Source: Verrucomicrobiota bacterium (lineage in GTDB: Bacteria > Verrucomicrobiota > Verrucomicrobiia > Limisphaerales > UBA9464). From it: a DNA stretch of 64,000 bases. The stretch covers positions 495-64,494 of the forward strand of contig JBBRQL010000001.1 of NCBI GenBank assembly GCA_038226425.1, read 5' to 3'. The position numbers and the translations under genes were made by a program. Below the pieces are notes generated by a model that ran no database searches, was not told where the DNA came from, and saw only the letters and a list, made by a program, of their open reading frames with translations. Of the stretch, positions 26,100-35,789 are shown piece after piece; within the stretch, counting starts at the first letter, position 1; each line of letters starts with the position of its first letter.

Positions 26100-27605
26100 A
26101 TGCCGAGTCTGAGTTTCAAAACGCAGAGACCTTGCCTAGGTCGGGCCGGATGGGTCGCCGCTCTCGCGGTGATGTCCGCGTGGGCTGGGTTGGGATCCAC
26201 CGGCTTCGTCGACGATGGCGGTGAGTTCCTGCCCTTGGGCGTCCCTGCCGGGGACCAGACGAATCCTGCCTTGGCCATCAACGCCGAGGGCGGTTACGTG
26301 GTCTGGCAGGAGAACAGCGGGGCTGCCGGCACCTACACGATCCGGGCGCGTCGCCTGAACCGGGCGTTGACCGGATGGTACCGTTCGTTCGTCGTGAATT
26401 CCGCCGTTGAAGGCAGCCACGAAGAACCGCAAGTCGTCCAATTGGCCGACGGTGGAGCCGCCTTTTTCTGGCGCGGTGGACCACTCGGCAAACAAGGGAT
26501 CTACGCGCGTTTTCTGAAGCCCGGTGGCGGCAATGCAGCCAACTTCGTCGGCGATGATCTCGAGATCAGCGCCGCGGGTCGCGGGCAGAACCAGAATGTC
26601 AGCGCCACGGCTCTCAAGGACGGCAGCATTCTCGTGACCTGGGCCAACTACGGCGACGACGGAAGCGGTTTCGGCGTCTTCGCTCAACGTATTTCGGCCA
26701 CCGGTGAGAAGATCGGCGGCAAGTTCCAGGTCAACTCCACCACCGCTTCCAACCAGCGCTCGCCGTCGGTGACTGCGATGCCCGACGGAGGTTTTACCAT
26801 CGCATGGGTCTCGGAAGGCCAGCGGACCGACCCGTCCCGCGACATCCTTTGCGACGTCTACTCGCGTGTCTTCGGACCCTCCGCCAAGGCGACCACCGGC
26901 GAGATGCGCCTGAACCAAGGCCTCAACTTGGCTGCCACCCCTTCGCTGGCCGCCAACGCGGACGGTGGGTTCGTTGCCGCCTGGGCTGAGCGTGATCAAG
27001 CTGTGGCCGCGAACGGCTGGGACATCATGGCCGGTTCGTTCAACCGTGACGGGGTGGCCATCAAGCCGAACGTCCGGCTCAACACCTTTCTCAAGTCGGA
27101 CCAGCTCGCGCCCAAGCTGGCCGCTGTCAACGGTTCCGTGATGGCGACGTGGACCAGCATGGGCCAGGACGGCTCACGGGAGGGCGTGTTCGCACGCAGC
27201 TTCGCCCCGACATTGGAACTGCTGGACGAGGAGTTCGGGGTGAACCAGACGACCGTCAGCCAGCAGATGGATCCAGTGGTCGCCGCGGACTCGACCGGCC
27301 GGGTCTTGTCCGTGTGGACCTCCTTCAATTCCATCGAGAGCGGTTTCGATCTGGTCGCCCGCAAGTTCGCCGCTCCGGCGTCCATCACCAAGCTGGCCTG
27401 TGACATCGTCAAGACCGCCGAAGGTGCCCGGTTGACTTGGCAGACCGAACCGGGCCGCACCTACCAAGTTCAACGCTCGCTCGACCCGATGGCTTGGGAC
27501 GCCGCTGAAAAAAGCGACCGCACGGCTGTCGGCTCATCGGATTCCATGGCGTTCCCGCTCGGCGCGTCCGGTGGGACCTTCTTCCGCGTCGTACGGCTTC
27601 CTTGA
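26100..27605 (+). CDS. secreted seven-repeat (beta-propeller-like) protein with shared C-terminal module
   Basis: Signal WVAALAVMSAWAG. It has seven repeats of the type Q..P.v..l.DGGF.v.W.s...DGS..GVFA.rf. The C-terminus is TYQVQRSLDPMAWDA...FFRVVRLP. Confidence 0.8.
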   Translation: MPSLSFKTQRPCLGRAGWVAALAVMSAWAGLGSTGFVDDGGEFLPLGVPAGDQTNPALAINAEGGYVVWQENSGAAGTYTIRARRLNRALTGWYRSFVVNSAVEGSHEEPQVVQLADGGAAFFWRGGPLGKQGIYARFLKPGGGNAANFVGDDLEISAAGRGQNQNVSATALKDGSILVTWANYGDDGSGFGVFAQRISATGEKIGGKFQVNSTTASNQRSPSVTAMPDGGFTIAWVSEGQRTDPSRDILCDVYSRVFGPSAKATTGEMRLNQGLNLAATPSLAANADGGFVAAWAERDQAVAANGWDIMAGSFNRDGVAIKPNVRLNTFLKSDQLAPKLAAVNGSVMATWTSMGQDGSREGVFARSFAPTLELLDEEFGVNQTTVSQQMDPVVAADSTGRVLSVWTSFNSIESGFDLVARKFAAPASITKLACDIVKTAEGARLTWQTEPGRTYQVQRSLDPMAWDAAEKSDRTAVGSSDSMAFPLGASGGTFFRVVRLP

Positions 27606-27612
27606 TCAAGTT

Positions 27613-29160
27613 ATGTCGCGTCATTTTCTAGCGTTGTTCATCGCTTCGTTGGTGTTCATCGCACCAAGGCAAGTTCATGGTTTTTCTCTCCTAGGAGCAC
27701 GGCCAAGCTGGCAGACGCCCGAAGTCGGGCTCGCGCCACCGTACCCGTCCGGAGTTGGGGGGGTCATGTATCTTGGCGAAGGATATCGCTTCAACATGCC
27801 GGTGTTGACCTACGCCTACGATGCCTCGTTTCTCCGTTATTTCGGGGCGAACGGAGTCGCAGCCATCGAATCCGCGATGAAGGTATTGAACGACCTTCCA
27901 GCGGCCGATAGCATGAGTGCCACGTTGGAGGAGTTTCCAACGACCACATTGCGCCACAACGCCACAGCAAGCGCTCTGTCGATCATCGATCTCAAGACGA
28001 CGACACTGTCGTTCATGCTAGAGCAACTCGCTGTCGCGGCTCCGGAAAACTATGTCTGGTCCATCCGCGCACATTTCACGGACCCGGCCGGTATCGACCA
28101 CTTTTCCGTCATCAATCCGAATTATGATCCGGTCACGTTGACTCAGTCATCCTTCATCAACGGATATCAGTATACCTACCAGATCCGCCAGACTGATACA
28201 GCGGAGTGGAAAACCGCCAATTTCCCGGTCGACCCCTTGGCGCCTAGTTTCACTACGGTGGCGAATTATGGACAAGCGTTCTTCGCGAGGGGCCGAGGTG
28301 GTTCGTTGGCGTTCGGTCCTGGTTCCTATTTCCCAGCATTGACCCGTGAGGACGTGGCAGCATTCCGATACATGCTGAGCACGACAAATTACGCAGTGGA
28401 ATCCCTCCTGCCTGATGTGATCGCTTCGACAGGTGGTGCTCTTGGAGTGAGCGGTGGAACTTCGGTCGGCAGCGGTGGTCTTGGCGGCGGTGGAGGTGGT
28501 GGCTTTTCGGGAGGGTTTGGAGCACCGTGGAGTCCTGCCTTCTCGGTTGCAGTCGGTGGAGCTGGGACTTCGAATCCTCCTTGGTCGATCGTGGCCGCCA
28601 GCACCAATGTCGCGACCAATGCGGTGGTGGTCACGGTGACCGGTGGTTTGCCTTCGGTCGTGAACGCCCTTCGGCCCGGTGTCGGCAAATATAGTTTTGT
28701 CCAGATCGGTTACGATTCGATTCTTGGTGCGGCGACCCGTCCCTACTTGGTGACTTGGCTTGATCGATATGTGACCAACAGTGTGACCCGGGTACAAGCG
28801 CTTGCCCGACAGATCACGACCCCCGACATCCTCTTTTCGGCCGCCGATCTTGGGGTGATCGATCATCTTCCGATTCTCAGTTCAATTACGGCTGATGGGT
28901 TTGTGAACGATTCCGCGCTGAACAGGGTCAACGGGGGCGGATTCGGAGAACTGGCCGGTCCCGGCATCATCACCTCCGGCAAGGAGATCACCTTCAGCAA
29001 GATCGGGCGCTACTACATCAACACCGAGGAGACCACCGAAGCCGACGGCTTTCTTTTCGGTGGATGGGGCTCGTTCGACGGCTCTACCAACGCGCCTGTG
29101 TTGTATCCCAGTGGAACCTCGATCAAGGCGATCGAGAAGCTGGTGCTCGGCGGACGGTGA
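27613..29160 (+). CDS. secreted hypothetical protein with internal poly-Gly tract
   Basis: Start ATG 27613 (MSRHFLALFIASLVFIAPRQVHG, signal peptide) lies 8 nt after the upstream stop. It contains GSGGLGGGGGGGFSGGFG. No family was recognised. GC is clearly lower than the flanks. Confidence 0.75.
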   Translation: MSRHFLALFIASLVFIAPRQVHGFSLLGARPSWQTPEVGLAPPYPSGVGGVMYLGEGYRFNMPVLTYAYDASFLRYFGANGVAAIESAMKVLNDLPAADSMSATLEEFPTTTLRHNATASALSIIDLKTTTLSFMLEQLAVAAPENYVWSIRAHFTDPAGIDHFSVINPNYDPVTLTQSSFINGYQYTYQIRQTDTAEWKTANFPVDPLAPSFTTVANYGQAFFARGRGGSLAFGPGSYFPALTREDVAAFRYMLSTTNYAVESLLPDVIASTGGALGVSGGTSVGSGGLGGGGGGGFSGGFGAPWSPAFSVAVGGAGTSNPPWSIVAASTNVATNAVVVTVTGGLPSVVNALRPGVGKYSFVQIGYDSILGAATRPYLVTWLDRYVTNSVTRVQALARQITTPDILFSAADLGVIDHLPILSSITADGFVNDSALNRVNGGGFGELAGPGIITSGKEITFSKIGRYYINTEETTEADGFLFGGWGSFDGSTNAPVLYPSGTSIKAIEKLVLGGR

Positions 29161-29188
29161 CACCCACCAGCCCTTAAAGTCCTAAGAC

Positions 29189-32074
29189 ATGAAACGTTTT
29201 CCATTCCGGTCGGTGCTCGCTGCGCTGGTTGTCTGGTGCTTTGTTCCATCGGCTCAAGCCTATGTGAACAACGGTGCCGTGACCATCGTGCCGGTCATCG
29301 ACGATGTGTCCTTTGTCAACAACGGCCTGATCCAGATCGCCACTGAACTTCCGTTCGAGACCCAGAACACGCTGTATTTCACCAATTCCGGGACCATCCT
29401 CGCCGGCAGCTTCTTCGGAGGATCTTTTGCGAACGGAGGCGTCCGCTTCGAGTACATCAACGGAGCGACCGGATATCGCAGCCCGGCCTCTGTCATCGAG
29501 AACGAACAGGGAGCCGCCATCACTGGTCGCCCTTACGTGCTGTTGAACGCGACCAACATCGTCAACCGAGGGACGTTCACGGTGCCGGCGGATGGGCTCA
29601 TCCGTTTGACCGGACAGAACGTCGACCTCTCCCGCGGAAAACTTGATCTCGGTGCCTTGGACGGGAACAGCCTCAGCGATGGATACGTCACCGACACGAA
29701 CCTGTTTGTCGGGGCCTCCGGTGTGACGGATCTTCATTGGGGGACCGACACGGTCGATCTTCCCCTTGCGTCCTTTTTCAAACTGTTGCCGAGCGGGGCG
29801 CAGGTCACGACACCGGGATATCGCGTATTTCCCGACGGCCGCATCGTGATGTCGTTGAAATCGCCGTCCACGTATCTGTACCAGCAGTTCGACGGCCCGC
29901 CCAAGACGCCCACCAACCAGATCATCCAGGCCGTGTTCGTGCTCAACGGGAACACGAACATCAACGTGGATGTGTCCTTTCTCGATAGCGATGAACGGAC
30001 GAACAGGTTCAAGATCCCGACGGTCCAGTTCAGCGGCTTCGAGACCAACGTGATCACGAGACAGAAGCAGCTCAGGTCGATCTGGTTGTCGGATTCCTTG
30101 ACCGCGAATTCGCTGCTCTTCGCGGACACGAATGTGTTCCTGAACACCAACGGGATTGCCGGAAGTTTCCGCCCCGAGAATTTCGATATCTATCGCAACG
30201 GGGTCGGCGGGGCACGCCCGAACGGGACGCTGACGAACGACACGTTCCTGAAGTTCCTGTCCCCCGAGTTCACCAACGGGATGGCGTACACCAACGCGAC
30301 CGTTCCTGCGTTCTATTCGGCCTACAAAGCCTATATCAACGGTCAGTTGACCTTCGGTGCGAATCTTCCGGATGCCGACATCACCAACTACGGCGGCCGG
30401 CTCGAGATCAACGCGGACAACCTGAATCTTCAGGACGCGCGCATCCGCGGTGTGGGTGTCGTCAACGCCAAGACCAAGAACTTGGTGAGCTCTGCTGGAG
30501 CGGTCATCGACGTGCCCTATCTCTATTATGATCTGGATTCCGCGGATGGGAACTTGGTCTTGCGCAATCTTATCGCACCTTCGGTGAGCCGGTTCGCGTC
30601 CGGGACCATCCAAGCATGGAGCGCACTTTGGACCAATGGCTTCTCGGTGAACGTCACCAACACGACGGTCGGGACGGACGGGACCACGAACTCCGAGGTG
30701 ACCGCGCAGGATTACCAGACCGTCTTCCACGTGCTGCTGGTCGCGAGCGCTTTGGACACTATCGGGTCGGTGGACATCACGGGGTTGAACACCCGTGCGA
30801 CGAATACGACAGTCGCCGACAAGGTGTCCATCTCGCGGAGGTTCCAGACCAGTTCGGACACCTTGTCCATCGATGGCGAATTCAAGCTTGGTACCTTGAC
30901 CGCCAGCACCCTGTTCGACTTCGGCGCCACCAATGCGCCGAACCTCCGGTACCTTACCAACCGGGGAATCATGAACATCGCCGGCTACGCTAATTTCGGG
31001 AGCGATCGCGCGACACCCTACGAGGTCTTCAACAACTCGCGGACGAATCTTGCGACCGGTTTCTCGATAACCTCGAAAGTCTTCCAAAACTCGGGCTCGT
31101 TGCAGTCCTCCTTCGGCCCCATCTCGATCGTCGCCGGTTCCGCTGCGCTCGATGGGAACGATAGTTTGGTGCGTTCTCCGAAGGATATCTCTCTGACGGC
31201 GACGACCCTCAAGGTCCGTGGCGGGAGCGTACGGAGCAGCAGAGGCATCCAGCTCGCCGTGACGGATTCGCTCACGGATGCAGGTATCAGCACGCCCACC
31301 ACATTTGTGAGCAGCTATGGATTCTCGCTCGCAACGCTTCCGAAGGTGAGCAGTCTGCTTGGCGCCAACTTCGAGGTCAACACCACCGAGGGCGGCACGG
31401 CCGACATCTCTTGGCCGGGCAATGATCTCGGTGCCGGTCCATCCGGCTACGTGAACAATGCGGTCATCGGCCATCTGGTGCTCAACTTGGCTCCGGACAG
31501 CCTGTTGACCCTCACCGAGACCGGCTCGAAGAACGCGCTCTACGTCGACTACTTGGAGATGAACTCCGCCATCGCTGATGACTTGGCTTCCTATGTCGAC
31601 ATCGGGGCAGGCATGACGCTCTACTTTGCCGACTCCAACATCCCGATCGAGAAGCTCGACGGGGCTCTTGGCGGCCATATCAAGTGGGTTTCGACCTATG
31701 CCGGACCGCGCAGCGGTGTGGATGTCGCGCTGGGCAACGGCAAGACCATCCGCATCAACCGCGCGCTGTTCGATAGCAAGTCGATCGACTCGGACAGCGA
31801 CGGTATCGCCAACGGATTCGACACGACGCCGTTCGGTGGCGTCCCGGTGACCGTCAAGGTCATCAACCTGCCGCCGTTGACGACCGAGATCTCTTGGATC
31901 GGCGCCCCGAAGACGGCTTACCGTGTCGAGGCCGCGGCCTCGTTGTCCCCGACGCTATGGGACTTGGTGTCCCGCGTGACCAACAATGCCGCTGTGTCCG
32001 TGCCGCTCAGCGTCCGTGAACCGGTGCCCGCCGACAATGCGGTGCGCTACTTCCGTGTGACCTACGAGCCCTGA
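29189..32074 (+). CDS. large secreted repeat protein (possible beta-helix/adhesin-like) with TSP3-like Asp motif and shared C-terminal module
   Basis: Signal MKRFPFRSVLAALVVWCFVPSAQA. It has N/T/G-rich repetitive strands (NATNIVNRGTFTVPADGLIRLTGQNVDLS...) and DSDSDGIANGFD. The C-terminus is TAYRVEAAASLSPTLWDL...RYFRVTYEP. Confidence 0.8.
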   Translation: MKRFPFRSVLAALVVWCFVPSAQAYVNNGAVTIVPVIDDVSFVNNGLIQIATELPFETQNTLYFTNSGTILAGSFFGGSFANGGVRFEYINGATGYRSPASVIENEQGAAITGRPYVLLNATNIVNRGTFTVPADGLIRLTGQNVDLSRGKLDLGALDGNSLSDGYVTDTNLFVGASGVTDLHWGTDTVDLPLASFFKLLPSGAQVTTPGYRVFPDGRIVMSLKSPSTYLYQQFDGPPKTPTNQIIQAVFVLNGNTNINVDVSFLDSDERTNRFKIPTVQFSGFETNVITRQKQLRSIWLSDSLTANSLLFADTNVFLNTNGIAGSFRPENFDIYRNGVGGARPNGTLTNDTFLKFLSPEFTNGMAYTNATVPAFYSAYKAYINGQLTFGANLPDADITNYGGRLEINADNLNLQDARIRGVGVVNAKTKNLVSSAGAVIDVPYLYYDLDSADGNLVLRNLIAPSVSRFASGTIQAWSALWTNGFSVNVTNTTVGTDGTTNSEVTAQDYQTVFHVLLVASALDTIGSVDITGLNTRATNTTVADKVSISRRFQTSSDTLSIDGEFKLGTLTASTLFDFGATNAPNLRYLTNRGIMNIAGYANFGSDRATPYEVFNNSRTNLATGFSITSKVFQNSGSLQSSFGPISIVAGSAALDGNDSLVRSPKDISLTATTLKVRGGSVRSSRGIQLAVTDSLTDAGISTPTTFVSSYGFSLATLPKVSSLLGANFEVNTTEGGTADISWPGNDLGAGPSGYVNNAVIGHLVLNLAPDSLLTLTETGSKNALYVDYLEMNSAIADDLASYVDIGAGMTLYFADSNIPIEKLDGALGGHIKWVSTYAGPRSGVDVALGNGKTIRINRALFDSKSIDSDSDGIANGFDTTPFGGVPVTVKVINLPPLTTEISWIGAPKTAYRVEAAASLSPTLWDLVSRVTNNAAVSVPLSVREPVPADNAVRYFRVTYEP

Positions 32075-32104
32075 GTTAGCTCCATCTTTCGACGTCATCT
32101 GATT

Positions 32105-35100
32105 ATGCTTCGCCAGCGACTTTGGGTTCTTGCCGTAGGTCTCCTGTTATCCGGGGCCGTCCTGCGTGCCGAGGAAAGCTCCGACACCATAGTGATCGCG
32201 GGCCACAAGGCCCATGCCACGCGGATCTTCGCCAAGCACAAGCAAGGCGGTATCGGGATCGGTTCCCAGGTCCGCCCGGCTGCTTTCGCGAAGATCGCGT
32301 CGGTCGGTCTGAACGTGCGGAAAGAGTACTCCCTCGTTCCGGGATTGTTGAGCTTGGACGAGCCGAAGGGAGGACTCAGCACCTCGGCGATCCTGACGAC
32401 GGACATGCGCATCCGTCGCATGGCCGAGCGGATCGAGACTTTGAAGGCCACGGGACTCTTCGAGTATGTGGAGCCCGATTTCGTGGTGACGGCGAACGCG
32501 GTTCCCGATGATCTCCGCTTCCGCGATGGAACGCTCTGGGGACTACAGAACACGGGCCAAGACGGCGGCACCGCCGGTGCCGACATCGATGTGGTCAGAG
32601 CTTGGGACATCACGACGGGGACCAACTCCGTTGTGGTCGCGGTCATCGACACCGGTATCCGCTACACGCATCGTGACCTCGCCGCGAACGTCTGGACCAA
32701 TCCTGGAGAAATCCCGGGCAACGGGATCGACGACGACAAGAACGGGTATGTCGACGATGTCCATGGCATCAACTCGCTGAACGGTTCCGGTGATCCGTAC
32801 GACGACAATTTCCACGGCACCCACGTTTCCGGGACGATCGGCGCCGCGGCGAACAACGGTGAGCCCCATGTCGGCGTGGCATGGAAGGTATCGTTGATGG
32901 GTCTGAAGTTTTTGGATTCGAACGGGAGCGGCTTCCTCTCGGATGCCATCGAGTGCATCCAATACGCGGTCAAGATGAAGGTGCCCATCTCCAACAACAG
33001 TTGGGGCGGTGGCGGCGCGGACCAGGCGTTGGCGGATGCCATCCTTGCGGCCGGAAACGCCGGGCACCTGTTCGTCGCGGCGGCCGGGAACGCGGCGTCC
33101 AACAACGACATCGAGTTCGACACGCCTGCCAGTTATGCGTTCGACAACATGATCTCGGTCGCGGCGATCAATCGTAAGGACCAGCTCGCCGACTTCTCCA
33201 ACTTCGGCAACCGTACCGTCCACATCGGTGCTCCCGGCGTCGACATCTATTCGACATGGACCTCGTCCGACAGTTCATATGATGTGATCAGTGGAACGAG
33301 CATGGCATGTCCTCATGTCGTCGGTGTCGCGGCGTTGGTCTTGGCCGCGAATCCGAAGGCGAACCTTTTCGAGCTCCGGCAGCGCATCTTGAACTCCGCG
33401 GTACCGACCACCGACCTTGCCGGCAAGACCGTCACGGGGGGGCGCGTGAGCGCGTATCGTGCGGTGAGCGGGGTCGTCGACGGGAAGCTCGAGCTTTCTC
33501 TCACGCCTCCGAGCGGGTCCGCGCTCCTGGAAGGGAACGCCACGCCGATCTATCTCCGTGTGACCGACTTGGTGGCCGTCACGAATGCCGTCATCGTCGC
33601 TACCCTCAACGGCCCCGGATTGACCGATGTCCCGTTGGTGTTCACCAACAACGGCGTCCTTCCGGATGTCATCGCTCTCGACGCGACCTATTCCGCAACG
33701 TTCCCGGCGGCAGCCAAAGGGTTCTACATCTTGGATGTGATCGCCACCGCCAAAGGCAAGGAAGGAGTGACGAATTCGTTCAGCTACTCGGTCCAACCTC
33801 GCCCCGACAACGACCAGTTCAAGAAACCCAAGAAGATCGCGTTGGCCGGCGAACAACTCCGGGGCGAAGACACCCGGTTGTCATCTTTCGAGCCTGGTGA
33901 GTCCTCCACGTTTGCCGGTCCGGATGGTGTCGGATCGCTTTGGTATGCTTGGACGCCTACCAAGTCCGGAACGGCCTTGATCGACACGTTCGGGACCGGT
34001 GTGCCCGTGGCGGTCGGGGTCTTCACCGGCGACAACCTCAACACATTGGCTTTGGTGGCGTCCGGTGTGCCGGTGGCTCCTAAGACGGCCACGACCTTCT
34101 CGTTCAATACGGTGGGCGGGACGACCTATCGGATCGTGGTGATCGGTAAGGGTGAGGCAGGTCGCGGCATCTTCCGGTTGCGGTTGACCCCAGATGCGGT
34201 CGTCGACCGGACCGCGCCACAGGTCGCGTTCACAAGCCCCGAGAACGGGTTCATCGCGACGACGAACCAGGTCATCGTCAGAGGGATCGCGATCGACCCA
34301 AATCCCGGAGCCTCCGGGGTCCGCCAAGTGTTGGTGAACGGTCAGAGCGCCGGGATCACCAATGGCGTCTGGTCCGCTAAAGTGGCGTTGAAGACCGGTA
34401 TCAACACCGTCACTGCCGTGGCCCAAGATTTCGCGGAGAACGTCTCCGCATCGGTGAGCATCAACATCAATCTACGGGCCGCGAGCATCGCGAACGACGG
34501 ATTCATCGGTGCGGCGGAGTTCGCCGACCTGATCGGCACGGAGAAAGGGAGCAACATCAACGCGAGCCGTGAGTTCGGGGAACCGCAGCACGGAGGGAGC
34601 GAGGGCGGACATTCTGTCTGGTGGCGATTCACCGCCCCGTCGGACGGCGTGCTCGGCCTGAGCACCGCGTCATCCAGCTTCGACACGTTGCTCGGCGTGT
34701 ATCTCGGCGACACGGTCGACAACCTGACCACCTTGGCGTCGAACGATGACGAGAAAGCGGGCACCAGCCAGAGCGCAGTCGCTGTCGCCCTGCGCGCCGG
34801 TCAGACGGCCCGCATCGCGGTGGACGGGTTCTCCGGCGCGACGGGAGCGATCAGCCTATCGCATACATTTCTGAAAGGCACTGTGCGCCCGGTAACGGTG
34901 CTGGCTGGTGCTGGCGGCAGCGTCTCGGCGTCGATCAGCAATCTTCCGGTCGTGCTCAAAGGAGTCTATGCCGACGGCACGACCTTGAATCTGACCGCTA
35001 CCGCTGATCCGCGGTACGAGTTCATCGGCTGGACGGGGACGACCAAGTCGTCGGACAACCCACTGAAGGTCGTGGTCGGGAGCGAAGTCAGCTTGATCGC

Positions 35101-35761
35101 CAATTTCCAGGTCGTGGCGTTCAGCGACGACTTCGAATCCGGCGACTTGAAGCATCTTGCTTGGGTGACCGGCGGGTCGACCCCTTGGGGAGTCCAGACC
35201 AACACTGTCTCGCTGGGCCGCTTTGCAGCGAAAGCGGGCACGATCACCGACAACCAATGGAGTTCGTTGGTGGTCGATGCGAATTCTTTCACCGGTGAAG
35301 GCGCTTTCGATGTCAAGGTCAGCTCCGAAGCGGGATGGGACCAGTTGGAGTTCTACGTGAACGGCACGGTGGTCCAACGCTGGTCCGGTGATGTAGCATG
35401 GACGACCTTCACTTTCCCGGTCGCGTCCGGAGCCAATCGTTTCGAATGGCGTTACACCAAGGACGCAGTGAACAGCGTCGGCGAGGACACCGCTTGGTTG
35501 GACAACGTCCAGCTCCGCATCCGTCCTGAAGTGGACCCGACAATCCCGGTCGTCTTGACGTTCTCGGGCTATAGCGACGCAGGGGCTGAGATCGAGGTCC
35601 GCGGACAGATCGGTCAGGCTTACCAAGTCCAAGCGTCCAACGACTTCGTCCAATGGACGACGATCAGCACCAAGGTGAACAGCACCGGCACGTTCACCGT
35701 GAGCGATTCCGCGACCTTCGGTCGTTCGGAACGCTTCTATCGCGTCATCCTTGCTCCCTGA
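32105..35761 (+). CDS. secreted subtilisin-like serine peptidase (S8 family) with roughly 800-aa C-terminal extension and shared C-terminal module
   Basis: Catalytic triad contexts VAVIDTGI (Asp), HGTHVSGTIGA (His) and SGTSMACPHVVGVAAL (Ser). Signal LWVLAVGLLLSGAVLRA. The C-terminus is QAYQVQASNDFVQWTT...RFYRVILAP. Confidence 0.9.
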   Translation: MLRQRLWVLAVGLLLSGAVLRAEESSDTIVIAGHKAHATRIFAKHKQGGIGIGSQVRPAAFAKIASVGLNVRKEYSLVPGLLSLDEPKGGLSTSAILTTDMRIRRMAERIETLKATGLFEYVEPDFVVTANAVPDDLRFRDGTLWGLQNTGQDGGTAGADIDVVRAWDITTGTNSVVVAVIDTGIRYTHRDLAANVWTNPGEIPGNGIDDDKNGYVDDVHGINSLNGSGDPYDDNFHGTHVSGTIGAAANNGEPHVGVAWKVSLMGLKFLDSNGSGFLSDAIECIQYAVKMKVPISNNSWGGGGADQALADAILAAGNAGHLFVAAAGNAASNNDIEFDTPASYAFDNMISVAAINRKDQLADFSNFGNRTVHIGAPGVDIYSTWTSSDSSYDVISGTSMACPHVVGVAALVLAANPKANLFELRQRILNSAVPTTDLAGKTVTGGRVSAYRAVSGVVDGKLELSLTPPSGSALLEGNATPIYLRVTDLVAVTNAVIVATLNGPGLTDVPLVFTNNGVLPDVIALDATYSATFPAAAKGFYILDVIATAKGKEGVTNSFSYSVQPRPDNDQFKKPKKIALAGEQLRGEDTRLSSFEPGESSTFAGPDGVGSLWYAWTPTKSGTALIDTFGTGVPVAVGVFTGDNLNTLALVASGVPVAPKTATTFSFNTVGGTTYRIVVIGKGEAGRGIFRLRLTPDAVVDRTAPQVAFTSPENGFIATTNQVIVRGIAIDPNPGASGVRQVLVNGQSAGITNGVWSAKVALKTGINTVTAVAQDFAENVSASVSININLRAASIANDGFIGAAEFADLIGTEKGSNINASREFGEPQHGGSEGGHSVWWRFTAPSDGVLGLSTASSSFDTLLGVYLGDTVDNLTTLASNDDEKAGTSQSAVAVALRAGQTARIAVDGFSGATGAISLSHTFLKGTVRPVTVLAGAGGSVSASISNLPVVLKGVYADGTTLNLTATADPRYEFIGWTGTTKSSDNPLKVVVGSEVSLIANFQVVAFSDDFESGDLKHLAWVTGGSTPWGVQTNTVSLGRFAAKAGTITDNQWSSLVVDANSFTGEGAFDVKVSSEAGWDQLEFYVNGTVVQRWSGDVAWTTFTFPVASGANRFEWRYTKDAVNSVGEDTAWLDNVQLRIRPEVDPTIPVVLTFSGYSDAGAEIEVRGQIGQAYQVQASNDFVQWTTISTKVNSTGTFTVSDSATFGRSERFYRVILAP

Positions 35762-35789
35762 GGCGGGGGCGGACGCCTTGGCTTGAGCG

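Noticed and set aside
29174-31678. 834-aa minus-strand ORF
   Set aside because: It is antisense to the 961-aa secreted protein, which has a clear signal peptide and the shared C-terminal module. The minus-strand translation is featureless and Arg/Asp/Gly-rich.
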